A DNA stretch of 64,000 nt. It comes from an uncultured Candidatus Saccharibacteria bacterium. Lineage in GTDB: Bacteria; Patescibacteriota; Minisyncoccia; Phycocordibacterales; UBA9973. This document shows positions 37,043-45,774 of this stretch, piece after piece. Each line of letters begins with the position of its first letter. The first letter of the stretch is position 1. The translations under genes were made by a program, and so were the position numbers. The notes below the pieces were generated by a model. The model was not told the origin of the DNA and did not search any database. It worked only from the letters and a program-made list of their open reading frames with translations. The stretch lies in NCBI GenBank assembly GCA_964450735.1, contig CAYVDC010000005.1, forward strand, positions 22,628 through 86,627. Direction: 5' to 3'.

Positions 37043-37112
37043 TTGTATACACTCGCTTACACGATAATCGCACCCGCCAAGCTCGCTTGGGGGTGTCTAT
37101 CTCTATTTCCCT

Positions 37113-37141
37113 ATTGTACCATGGCTGTCAAATGTTGACAA
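37113..37141 (-). promoter_or_regulatory. Candidate uvrA promoter (-35 TTGTCA, 17-nt spacer, -10 TACAAT) overlapping the palindrome TGTCAAATGTTGACA
   Basis: Hexamers and spacing read directly; shares ccctattgtacc with the lexA promoter region; no GAAC-N4-GTTC box. Confidence 0.35.
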
Positions 37142-37181
37142 AAGCATTACATGAGCGCAAAATCAAAGAAAACGAGAACAT

Positions 37182-37640
37182 ATGAGCGAGATAATTGTAA
37201 ACCCAGTGCAGATACACACCCTGCCAAAAATTGAGCAATTGCTTGAAGCAAATTTGCCCGAACTTAGAAACAATATTTTAGAATTCTTTAAAAAAGAGAT
37301 TACACAGTACAGCATACTAGGAGCCCCACTGGAACTTCTAGTTGAATCGGAACAAGAAAGCTTTGAAATCAGACCAGCACCAATGCACAGCCCTGAGATG
37401 AAAGTTACTGCCGAATCAAAAAAAGTTGAACTTATCGAAAATAAATTATTTTTCACCACTGACAAGCAAATATATCTTGAAGACGGTGACAGCATTTATT
37501 TCATTAGTTCCCAACTTATGATTGAAAAGAAGAAGAACAATGACATGAAAGTCGTTTACGTATACGAGCACCAACTCACCGAAATGGAAGCTCGCAATAC
37601 TGCAAACGGCGAAAGCTATGTTAACGAACACAATCACTAG
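37182..37640 (+). CDS. Hypothetical protein
   Basis: 152-aa ORF; no motif. Confidence 0.35.
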   Translation: MSEIIVNPVQIHTLPKIEQLLEANLPELRNNILEFFKKEITQYSILGAPLELLVESEQESFEIRPAPMHSPEMKVTAESKKVELIENKLFFTTDKQIYLEDGDSIYFISSQLMIEKKKNNDMKVVYVYEHQLTEMEARNTANGESYVNEHNH

Positions 37641-37769
37641 TCCTATACCTCCCCGCCCCATGACCAAAAGTCATCGGGGCATTTTTTATTGAAAAAAAAC
37701 CTTTTTTCTGGTATCGTACACCCGTGCCATCAAAGGCCTGCCCTGCGAAGCTCGCCTCGAGCGAAGAAG

Positions 37770-37844
37770 GGTCCCATCGTCTAGTGGTTAGGACAGCGGG
37801 TTCTCAATCCGTTAACCGGAGTTCGACTCTCCGTGGGATCACCA
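37770..37844 (+). tRNA. tRNA-Glu (anticodon CUC) with encoded CCA
   Basis: Same sequence as the 7264-7335 tRNA except for the anticodon loop TTCTCAA; ends ACCA. Confidence 0.85.
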
Positions 37845-37895
37845 TAAATAGCTAGCGTAACAAGCTCACTTAAACTTTTCTGATATAATGAAATT

Positions 37896-38675
37896 ATGCC
37901 CGAAATCAATCCTTTCAAAAATGTAAATTTTGTTAAAAAAATTTCAGAAGAGAAACAGAATGAAAACCTGTTTCGTAACCCTGAGGGTTTTGAAAAAATA
38001 GCTGAAGAGTTTGGTATAAGAAAACTAGGCTCAGGAAATGAGTGTTTTGTAGTTGATGATCCTGAAAGTAAGGAAAAAGTTATTTCGATAAGCTTCAATA
38101 ATCTTTCACACGAAGAAGCGAAAGATATATATTACTCTGCAAAAATTTGGAGTACACTGTTTCCGCATAATTTCCCTAAGATTTACTCGGCAAGTGCTGA
38201 AACAGATGATGATAAATTTAATGGAACAGTGAGACAAAAAATACATGGCAAAACTTTAGCTGATCAAAACTATAATTATGCTCGAATGATTAATGCGGAT
38301 ATAAAAGAAAAAACAAGTCTCTCGTCAGTGATAAAGAATATTAAAAGTTATCTTTTGAATAAGAACACTGAAACACAATATCCTTTTGCAAATACATTAC
38401 AAGAAATGAAAATTCTTAGCCATGCGCCATACAACCTTCCATTCTTCATTGATATAAATGGAAAAAACTTCATAAAAAATGATGATGGAGATGAATATTA
38501 TGTTGATACTATAAAGATGGGAGAGCATATTAGACAAATGAATGCTGAAATAAATACTGAGGGAATAATAGAATACATGACAGAAAAAGGTTATCATAAA
38601 TCGGATATAACAAAAGTCATTAATTCAATAAAACGACTTAATGCGATTTTCATAAACAATAATCAGGAAGAATAG
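37896..38675 (+). CDS. Hypothetical protein (possible atypical kinase-like fold), very AT-rich
   Basis: GIRKLGSGNECFVV glycine-loop-like segment and DINGKNF..DDGDEYYVD; weak, by pattern only. Confidence 0.4.
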   Translation: MPEINPFKNVNFVKKISEEKQNENLFRNPEGFEKIAEEFGIRKLGSGNECFVVDDPESKEKVISISFNNLSHEEAKDIYYSAKIWSTLFPHNFPKIYSASAETDDDKFNGTVRQKIHGKTLADQNYNYARMINADIKEKTSLSSVIKNIKSYLLNKNTETQYPFANTLQEMKILSHAPYNLPFFIDINGKNFIKNDDGDEYYVDTIKMGEHIRQMNAEINTEGIIEYMTEKGYHKSDITKVINSIKRLNAIFINNNQEE

Positions 38676-38780
38676 TGGCACGAGAAGGGTTGTTTTACTT
38701 TATTAAAATTTATTAGACCAACCTTTCATGGTAAGGAATCAAGTTGGTTCTATCTGCTGAACGCTCACAGATACAAAAAA

Positions 38781-38812
38781 AATAGAGCCTCGGGTTAGGA
38801 GGCTCTATTGCT
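38781..38812 (-). terminator. Terminator hairpin after the 109-aa membrane-protein gene
   Basis: ATAGAGCCTC-gggttag-GAGGCTCTAT with a T-run on the minus strand. Confidence 0.55.
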
Positions 38813-38864
38813 AAATCATCTATTGGCTATGCCAAGTACTGGATAGATGCCAGTATTTTTTGTT

Positions 38865-39194
38865 CTACCATGGGCTTTTGAAAATAAAGTGGTAATACAG
38901 GCCGGCAATAAAACATACTAATGCAATCACAAAGATTGCCCATAGAAATGTATTACCCTGCATTTTTTCACCTATAAATAAATACGCGGAAATCCAAAAA
39001 TAAGCAACGGCGCATCCAACCATTAACAAAACAAAGAAAAACGTATCCCAACTGGAATCAAGTATTTCAGGGTTAATTGTTGAATGCGGGCCCATCATTT
39101 GTAGTCCAGCATAAATAAGTACGGCGGCAGCGATGCTGCTCAAAATTCCTGTTAAAACGCGAAGTGCTTTCATGTGTGTGTATATTTTTAGCAA
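38865..39194 (-). CDS. Hypothetical membrane protein (109 aa)
   Basis: Three TM helices. Confidence 0.4.
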   Translation of the reverse strand: MLKIYTHMKALRVLTGILSSIAAAVLIYAGLQMMGPHSTINPEILDSSWDTFFFVLLMVGCAVAYFWISAYLFIGEKMQGNTFLWAIFVIALVCFIAGLYYHFIFKSPW

Positions 39195-39344
39195 GTTCGT
39201 AACAACTCACGTTTGTTTAAGGTAACCCGGTTACGCGGTTTTGAATTATCGGTATTATAGTACATTTTGTTGTTTTTGTCAAACAAAAAAATAAAGGCAC
39301 CGAAGTACCTTTATAAACTACAATATCTATTCAAACTATATTCC

Positions 39345-39764
39345 CTACGCAACAACCAGCCGGTTGTCTTCTCCAAAATAGCATTTGGTTAATTCCGCAA
39401 AAACAGCGGGCACAACCACCACGATAACGGTGTTGCTCTTGCTGAGCATATTTGTAATATGCGACACTGCAAGATCCTTAAACATTCTCGGTATAAAACC
39501 GTCGGATGAAATAAAATTTTCTTTATCCAGAAAAGCAGTACTCGACATGTAAACCTGGCCAAAGTAATTACTGTATGTACCTATATTATTCTTAAAGTAC
39601 GAAGCATCTGCTCGAAGCGAATTCGCCGTACTGGTAATAATATGGATAATTCCAAGGTTAATTGTATCGGAATCTCCGAGAGTATTTTTCATACCCTGCA
39701 TAACCTTGTTTAAGTCCTTTCCTGGTTCTCCTTCGAGCTTTACTAGTATTATCGATTTTCCCAT
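39345..39764 (-). CDS. Hypothetical protein (139 aa)
   Basis: No recognised motif; AT-rich. Confidence 0.35.
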   Translation of the reverse strand: MGKSIILVKLEGEPGKDLNKVMQGMKNTLGDSDTINLGIIHIITSTANSLRADASYFKNNIGTYSNYFGQVYMSSTAFLDKENFISSDGFIPRMFKDLAVSHITNMLSKSNTVIVVVVPAVFAELTKCYFGEDNRLVVA

Positions 39765-39877
39765 AGCAAAATGTTTTAAGTGAATTGAATATTCACATCA
39801 CTTTACTACAAAAAATCTGTACGTCAAATCCATACAAGATTTAAAACTCACACTTGATATAAAAAAATCTGAAACAA

Positions 39878-40618
39878 CTATTGTTGTTTCAGATAGGGGT
39901 TTTCCCATATAAGTAGATTTTTGTTTTCTCGCACAAAAGCACGGAAATCTTTCTCATTGATGTTTCCATCAGGAAATCGTTGAGTTAGATATTTGGTGAA
40001 TATGTGCTGCACAAAGAGCGCATCGCATTCTAATTCTAATTGATCTTTCTTTATCTTTTTAAAAGTAAGGGATTCAATGGCACTTTCTCTCCCCGCCTCA
40101 TAAATAGACAACAATTGCTTGTTTTCGTAAGTCTGACCTCTCTTGGTCATTTTGCCTTTGATATAGTAATGCTGAAATCTATGTCTGACTTCATGATATG
40201 CAATACCGGCAAGTCTTACTGCATTCATATTTTGTAGATGCTTTTGCTTTGTAATAAAATATGATTCTCCACCTAATATTATTTTAATGAAACGCAAAGC
40301 ATTGCACGCTATCATTATATTATGGCGGTTTTGTAAACTTCTTTTGAAAAAGAAAACTATTCCCCCATACAAATATGCAACTAAAAATGCAAAAGGAAGG
40401 AGTAAAAATTTTATGTAATAACCGTGGTTATAACTTGCAGTATTAGTGTTTTCTAAAACTGACTGGTTTAAAATATGTACATCCAATGTATTATTAGGAA
40501 AATGTTCTTCTTCGCAAATTTCAATGAATTTCTTGAGCATTTCTGCCTGTCTTTTTATACTCATAACTCTCTTTTTTGTTTTAAAATAGCATGAAAAACA
40601 GAGTGTGTCAATGTACAC
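39878..40618 (-). CDS. Putative membrane-associated zinc metalloprotease (HExxH)
   Basis: IAYHEVRHRFQH HExxH motif plus a central TM segment; AT-rich. Confidence 0.4.
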   Translation of the reverse strand: MYIDTLCFSCYFKTKKRVMSIKRQAEMLKKFIEICEEEHFPNNTLDVHILNQSVLENTNTASYNHGYYIKFLLLPFAFLVAYLYGGIVFFFKRSLQNRHNIMIACNALRFIKIILGGESYFITKQKHLQNMNAVRLAGIAYHEVRHRFQHYYIKGKMTKRGQTYENKQLLSIYEAGRESAIESLTFKKIKKDQLELECDALFVQHIFTKYLTQRFPDGNINEKDFRAFVRENKNLLIWENPYLKQQ

Positions 40619-40651
40619 ACCCTGTTTAAAATCTAAGTTAACGAGTCTTAA

Positions 40652-41953
40652 CTACCTAACCTCCCATTCCCTCTCCTGTCGCACCAAAAATTGAGAGTCT
40701 GATTCCAATGCAAGCAAGTGTTTGACTGCTCGTTCCAGTCGAACGCTCTGTGATCCCTTTATCAGTATCACGTCTCCGGGAGAAATAACTGTTTTCAAAA
40801 ACTCCCCTGCTTGATCTGCGGTATCAAAATGTTTTATCTTTGTAAGATTAAATCCAGCTTCTTTTGCTCCTTCATCGATATATTTTGCACGGATACCGAC
40901 AGTGACGAGGAAGTCTGCTGAACCTGGAACTTGTTTTCCGAGTTCTTCGTGAGCTTCTTGAGTAAATTTACCAAGCTCCATCATATCGCCGAACACAGCG
41001 ATCTTGCGGCCATGCGCTTCTAATTCTTTGAGAAGTTCAAGCGAGCTCTTTGCAGCAATTGGCGAAGAGTTGTAAGTGTCATCGATGAGCGTGCTGTCAT
41101 TTACGCCATTAATAAGTGAGAGTCGTCCTGGCGGTGTGTGGTAGTCATGAAGTGCGGCAACTGCTTTCTCGAGATTGTAACCAAGTCCGTACACAACAGC
41201 ACAGGCAGCAAGCGCAGCACTGATGTGGCTCTCGCCGATGATGTACGGCATTGAAACAATGTAATTGTATTCGGGCAATGCAAGCGTAAACTCGCGACCA
41301 ATTGGAGAACGATGGCCTACTCCGTCATCAACGTAACTGAATTTCAGCTGTGTCGCGCGAACTGAGAGCGCATCGCTGAAGCCATACGAAATTGTCTTTG
41401 CGCCAAATTTGCCTGAGAGCGCAGCCACAACAGGATCGTCTCCATTTACTACGAGCAATCCGTCTGCACGCAAAGCCTCAGCCAAGCTCGTCTTCTCGGC
41501 GATAACATGTTCTTTGGATTCAAAAAATTCGATGTGCACTGGAACATCAGGAAAACGTGTGAGCACTACGACATCTGGCTTGAGCCACTTGGCAATGTCT
41601 TTGATATCGTTCGGTTTGTCTGCCCCGATTTCAAGCACCAGCCACTGCGGATATTTGTGCGGAAGTACAATCAAGCCAAAACCGCTCAAAAGCGTTCGAG
41701 CCCAGAGGATTGGATTGGTCCAGCCATTCGGTAAGCCAAGGATTGAGAGCGGAACACCCATTTCGCTGTTATAGCTCTTCTCGCTGCGTCTAACATGCGT
41801 ATAGGGCGCTAGGGCTGTATAAACAGCGTCTTTGGTAGAGGTTTTACCAACGCTTCCTGTAATTGCGATAATTTTCGGTTTATATCGGCGAAGGACCATT
41901 TTGGCTTCCCATGTAAGGATATGTACGATGATGTTTTTGAATGTTGATTTCAT
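40652..41953 (-). CDS. murF: UDP-MurNAc-tripeptide--D-Ala-D-Ala ligase MurF
   Basis: ITGSVGKTSTKD P-loop; Mur ligase central and C-terminal domains; downstream of ftsI in the dcw block. Confidence 0.85.
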   Translation of the reverse strand: MKSTFKNIIVHILTWEAKMVLRRYKPKIIAITGSVGKTSTKDAVYTALAPYTHVRRSEKSYNSEMGVPLSILGLPNGWTNPILWARTLLSGFGLIVLPHKYPQWLVLEIGADKPNDIKDIAKWLKPDVVVLTRFPDVPVHIEFFESKEHVIAEKTSLAEALRADGLLVVNGDDPVVAALSGKFGAKTISYGFSDALSVRATQLKFSYVDDGVGHRSPIGREFTLALPEYNYIVSMPYIIGESHISAALAACAVVYGLGYNLEKAVAALHDYHTPPGRLSLINGVNDSTLIDDTYNSSPIAAKSSLELLKELEAHGRKIAVFGDMMELGKFTQEAHEELGKQVPGSADFLVTVGIRAKYIDEGAKEAGFNLTKIKHFDTADQAGEFLKTVISPGDVILIKGSQSVRLERAVKHLLALESDSQFLVRQEREWEVR

Positions 41954-41986
41954 ATATTTTTCACTTTTTCTTCAGGCTAATCTGAT

Positions 41987-43702
41987 TTATCTATCTGGAG
42001 CTACATCATAGTACGTAAGGAGGAATTTGGCGAGATTCATGAACGGTATGGCCATGGTTTGAGATGAGTAGTCTACCCCTTTTGGATTTATGCCGTAGAG
42101 TAAGACAAGGAAGCGAGGATTGTAGGCTGGATAGTACCCGAACATTGAGTGAAGATATTGATCAGCGTAGTATCCTTTGCCATCTTCTCGAGCCATCTGC
42201 GCAGTTCCTGTTTTTGCGGCAACTGCGTAATGTTCCATTTTAAGCGTTCCACCGAGAAGATTGGTATCCACTGTTTGTACTAGCATGCGAGTAACTGTTG
42301 CTGCAGTCTCGGGTTTGATTACTTGCACTGGATCTGGTCGCGGAACGGTGTGAATGAATCCGTCAGGATAACTTATGGACTTCACTACTCGAGGAGAAAC
42401 AATTGCTCCCTCGTTTGCAAGTGCCGAGAATGCTCTCACTGCAGCAACTGGAGTAAGCGCTATACCCTGTCCGAATGATGCAGTTGCGTATTCAACTTCT
42501 CGCGTACTCTTGAGGTTTGTCATGATGTCATTAACTTCTCCTGGCATATCTACGCCAGTTTTTTCCATCAATCCGAATTTTGTAAAGTAATCTTTAAATT
42601 TGTCTTTGCCAAGCTGCTGCATGATGAATGTCGCGCCCATGTTGAGAGATTTATCAAAAATAGTCTGCATCGTTGTTGTATGCCGAGCAACTTTGTCGAA
42701 GTTACAAATCGTTTTAGTATTGAGCTTCATGCAGCCCGTATCATTGTAGGTAGTGTTTTGGGTAATTACGCCAGCATCAAGTCCAGCCGCCATGGTAAGG
42801 GCTTTCATAACGGATCCAAGCTCGTACACATCTTCAACATTGGGGTTCTGGAACACGCCAATATTTTTGACGCTGCCATAGTTTGCAGGATCAAAGTCGG
42901 GCGTACCGGCCATTGCAATAATGTCACCAGTTTTTGGATCGATAATAATGCCTCCAGCGCTATCGGTATGCCACTTTGCTGTAACATCGCCGAGAGTAGT
43001 TTCAAGCATATGCTGAGCTTCTGGTTCAATTGTCGCAATCAAGTCTCCTTCTGCATGCGGATCTCGAAAGAGCGTCTTGTGAAGATTGGTAAATAGTTCT
43101 GCGAAAAAGTTTACGTACAGATCACCCTTGCTTCGAGACAGGACGTCGTTGTATTCACGTTCAAGTCCATAACGACCGATGAGATCGTCACCTTTGAAAC
43201 CAACGAAGCCAAGCGTCTGTGATGCCATATGTCCTCCTGGATAAAAACGTTCTTTTCCATCTTCAAATCTCACGCCCTTGATCTTGAGATCCATGATTTT
43301 TGTTTTGAGCGACTCTGAAACACGATCAGCAAGCACTTCATACTGATCTCCTGGTTTTGTAAAAGAAACATCGTACGCTTTCCTGTCGATAGGAATGATT
43401 TCATTCAATGCAGCGTATGTGCTTTCGCGGTTTTCTGGCTTGATATCAATTGGTGAAATGACCAACTTGTAACGAGCATTTAGAGTTGCAGCAGGAACGA
43501 GTGTGCCGTTAGCTTGTGTAAAATAAATTGTGCCGCGGTCGTAGAGACCATTTACTTGGCTTGTGTACTCGCCGATTGCGGCGCTCGCATAATCATCATG
43601 ATGCACGATCTGCACCAAAAAAAGCTTGGTGATGATAAAAAAGCCAAGAACAATAAAAGCTGCTGCGACTATTTTGAGACGTAATGGAAAACTAGAATTC
43701 AT
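41987..43702 (-). CDS. ftsI: Penicillin-binding protein (FtsI/PBP3-like transpeptidase)
   Basis: SVMK (SxxK), SFG/SxN-type and KTGTA motifs; N-terminal TM anchor. Confidence 0.85.
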   Translation of the reverse strand: MNSSFPLRLKIVAAAFIVLGFFIITKLFLVQIVHHDDYASAAIGEYTSQVNGLYDRGTIYFTQANGTLVPAATLNARYKLVISPIDIKPENRESTYAALNEIIPIDRKAYDVSFTKPGDQYEVLADRVSESLKTKIMDLKIKGVRFEDGKERFYPGGHMASQTLGFVGFKGDDLIGRYGLEREYNDVLSRSKGDLYVNFFAELFTNLHKTLFRDPHAEGDLIATIEPEAQHMLETTLGDVTAKWHTDSAGGIIIDPKTGDIIAMAGTPDFDPANYGSVKNIGVFQNPNVEDVYELGSVMKALTMAAGLDAGVITQNTTYNDTGCMKLNTKTICNFDKVARHTTTMQTIFDKSLNMGATFIMQQLGKDKFKDYFTKFGLMEKTGVDMPGEVNDIMTNLKSTREVEYATASFGQGIALTPVAAVRAFSALANEGAIVSPRVVKSISYPDGFIHTVPRPDPVQVIKPETAATVTRMLVQTVDTNLLGGTLKMEHYAVAAKTGTAQMAREDGKGYYADQYLHSMFGYYPAYNPRFLVLLYGINPKGVDYSSQTMAIPFMNLAKFLLTYYDVAPDR

Positions 43703-44045
43703 GTGGAGCAGCGACCGAAACCTGTGAGACAGTTGGAGCAGTCCTGCTTACGAATGATATCTCATGAGCCTCATGTAAGCCAAGTGTTGCACCACGATCA
43801 AGGTTGATCGACTGTGCCTGAGCAAGGTATTCAACCTGGAGAGTTCCTATGCGCGCTGAGAGAGCTTGAGCTTCCTTCTGATAGGCTGAGCGTTCAATAA
43901 CAAAGTGGATAGTAGAACCAAGTGCATATGCATAGAGAATGATGCAAACGCCGATCAAGCCAAGTGCGATCAAAGCTGCGCGCTTATAGAGCGTTGCTTC
44001 TTCGATATCTCGAGTATGTGATTGTATGAATGCTGCTGTAGTCAT
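43692..44045 (-). CDS. ftsL: Cell division protein FtsL-like (small bitopic membrane protein)
   Basis: Single TM helix plus coiled-coil-like tail; positioned between rsmH and ftsI. Confidence 0.5.
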   Translation of the reverse strand: MTTAAFIQSHTRDIEEATLYKRAALIALGLIGVCIILYAYALGSTIHFVIERSAYQKEAQALSARIGTLQVEYLAQAQSINLDRGATLGLHEAHEISFVSRTAPTVSQVSVAAPHEF

Positions 44046-44062
44046 ATATTCAACTTTATTAC

Positions 44063-44956
44063 TTATGCTTTTTCGACGATTCTTAATTTTGCACTGCGTG
44101 ATCGAGGGTTTGATCTAGATTCGGTGTCTGTAGGAACAATGGGCTTCTTCGTCACTATGTTCACGATTCCTTCTGTCTGAGCTTCTCTGAAGGCATTTTT
44201 TACGATGCGATCTTCGAGAGAATGAAATGTAATAATGGCCAATCGTCCTTGTGGTGCAAGCATCTCAAGCGCTCCTGCGATTCCCTGTTTGAGAGCACCA
44301 AGCTCGTCGTTCACTGCAATACGGAATGCTTGGAATGTCTTGGTTGCAGGATTCGTTTTACCTTTCCTGAATCGAGCAGGAATTGAAGCTTCGACAACTC
44401 GCACGAGATCAAACGTTGTCTTGATCGGAGCAATCTCTCGAGCTTCAACGATGCCTTTGGCAATCCTTCGAGCGAATGTATCTTCGCCGTATGCATAGAT
44501 GATATCTGCAATCGCTGACTCGCTTGAAGTATTCACCAAGTCATACGCAGTGAGTGTCACATCAGGGACGATCTCATCTTCCATTGTCATCAGAAGCGGC
44601 TCGTCTTTCTGGAATGTAAATCCACGTCCAGAATCATCGAGCTGCACAGAGCTGATGCCAATGTCCATAAGAATCGCGTCTACCTCGGTGAAACCATGCG
44701 ACTTGAGCTGTGAAGCAATATTTCTAAAGCTGTCATTGATCAAGATCGGTTCCGCGCCAGCTGATGCAAGCAATGCACCTGCACGCTTGATAGCATCGCC
44801 TTCACGATCGAATCCAATGATCGTCAGATTCTCCTGCGATTGAAATGCCGCAAGAGCGTGACCACCGGAACCAAGCGTGCCATCCACATAGACAGCTCCA
44901 GGCTTAAGATTGAGGCCATTAATAGTTTCTTCTAAAAGGACAGGAATGTGCGCCAT
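44063..44956 (-). CDS. rsmH: 16S rRNA (cytosine1402-N4)-methyltransferase RsmH/MraW
   Basis: HIPVLLEE...VDGTLGSGGHA SAM-binding motif. Confidence 0.9.
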   Translation of the reverse strand: MAHIPVLLEETINGLNLKPGAVYVDGTLGSGGHALAAFQSQENLTIIGFDREGDAIKRAGALLASAGAEPILINDSFRNIASQLKSHGFTEVDAILMDIGISSVQLDDSGRGFTFQKDEPLLMTMEDEIVPDVTLTAYDLVNTSSESAIADIIYAYGEDTFARRIAKGIVEAREIAPIKTTFDLVRVVEASIPARFRKGKTNPATKTFQAFRIAVNDELGALKQGIAGALEMLAPQGRLAIITFHSLEDRIVKNAFREAQTEGIVNIVTKKPIVPTDTESRSNPRSRSAKLRIVEKA

Positions 44957-45086
44957 AAATGTTATTTTGTAACACCGCACACATAAGGAATTTTGAATCC
45001 GAGGAAACGCAGCCCGCCTTTGTGCTGCATATTGCGGGCGAACCCGCAGGATTAAAAATTACTTATGTGTAAGGTGTGCATGATTA

Positions 45087-45521
45087 CTAAAGTACTCCAA
45101 CACTGCCCAATTTTTCTGCCAACTGGTCAGCTTCCTTTTCGACCACTGCCTTGTAATCAGCCCAGATCTTCTCGTTCCAAATTTCAACGCGATTCTGAAC
45201 ACCAATAACAGCAACTGTCTTTTTGAGATTCGCACGATCTTTCAAAAAGTCAGGCACCAAGATGCGTCCGCTGCCATCAACGTCAACTTCAACCGCGCCT
45301 CCAAACATAAAACGGTTAAAACTACGATTGTCAGCCTGGAGCATAGAATTCTCGCCCAAGCGGCTAGCGATCTTTTCCCATTCTTTGACAGTGAACATGA
45401 AAATCGACTTATCCAAGCCCGGAGCAAGCACTACTTTCTTTCCCAACTCGCTTCGAAATTTCGCAGGTAACGACATGCGGTTCTTTTCATCCAACGTATG
45501 TATGTATTCTCCGATGAGCAT
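45087..45521 (-). CDS. mraZ: Transcriptional regulator MraZ
   Basis: MLIGEYIHTLDEKNRMSLPAKFR, the first of two DxxxR-type MraZ repeats. Confidence 0.85.
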   Translation of the reverse strand: MLIGEYIHTLDEKNRMSLPAKFRSELGKKVVLAPGLDKSIFMFTVKEWEKIASRLGENSMLQADNRSFNRFMFGGAVEVDVDGSGRILVPDFLKDRANLKKTVAVIGVQNRVEIWNEKIWADYKAVVEKEADQLAEKLGSVGVL

Positions 45522-45601
45522 TTTTGTTTGGACTATTGATCGCACGCCGACCAAGCTACTTCTCTAATAAATCTCTCAACTTTTCTCACAAAAACTAGTT
45601 C

Positions 45602-45667
45602 CCCACTTCCTCCCACTTAAGTCTAAGTTTACTCCACTTTATCCCACAATGCAAAGCAATAACCCAC
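45602..45667 (-). promoter_or_regulatory. mraZ promoter (-35 TTGCAT 45654-45649, -10 TAAACT 45631-45626) overlapped by a phased array of five GTGGG/GTGGA MraZ-box repeats
   Basis: CCCAC/TCCAC on the plus strand at 45602, 45612, 45633, 45643, 45663, i.e. 10- and 20-bp phasing spanning the hexamers. Confidence 0.6.
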
Positions 45668-45696
45668 AAAAAACTGTGGATAAATAAGGGTTTTTT

Positions 45697-45712
45697 GTGA
45701 ACGGACGTTCAC
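45697..45712. promoter_or_regulatory. LexA-like palindrome GTGAACGGACGTTCAC (GAAC-N4-GTTC) upstream of the mraZ promoter
   Basis: Same half-site architecture as the lexA autoregulatory box; flanks differ (T/A rather than C/G). Confidence 0.35.
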
Positions 45713-45774
45713 TTACCTAAAAATAAAAAAACGCAGGTTGTTAGCCCGCGTTATCAAAAAATTTTGTGTAGTAA

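Noticed and set aside
37168-37189. Possible LexA box near the uvrA upstream region (cGAGAACatatGAGCg)
   Set aside because: Only one arm matches GAAC; the second arm is GAGC rather than GTTC and the site lies inside the start of the divergent ORF; kept only as a negative note.
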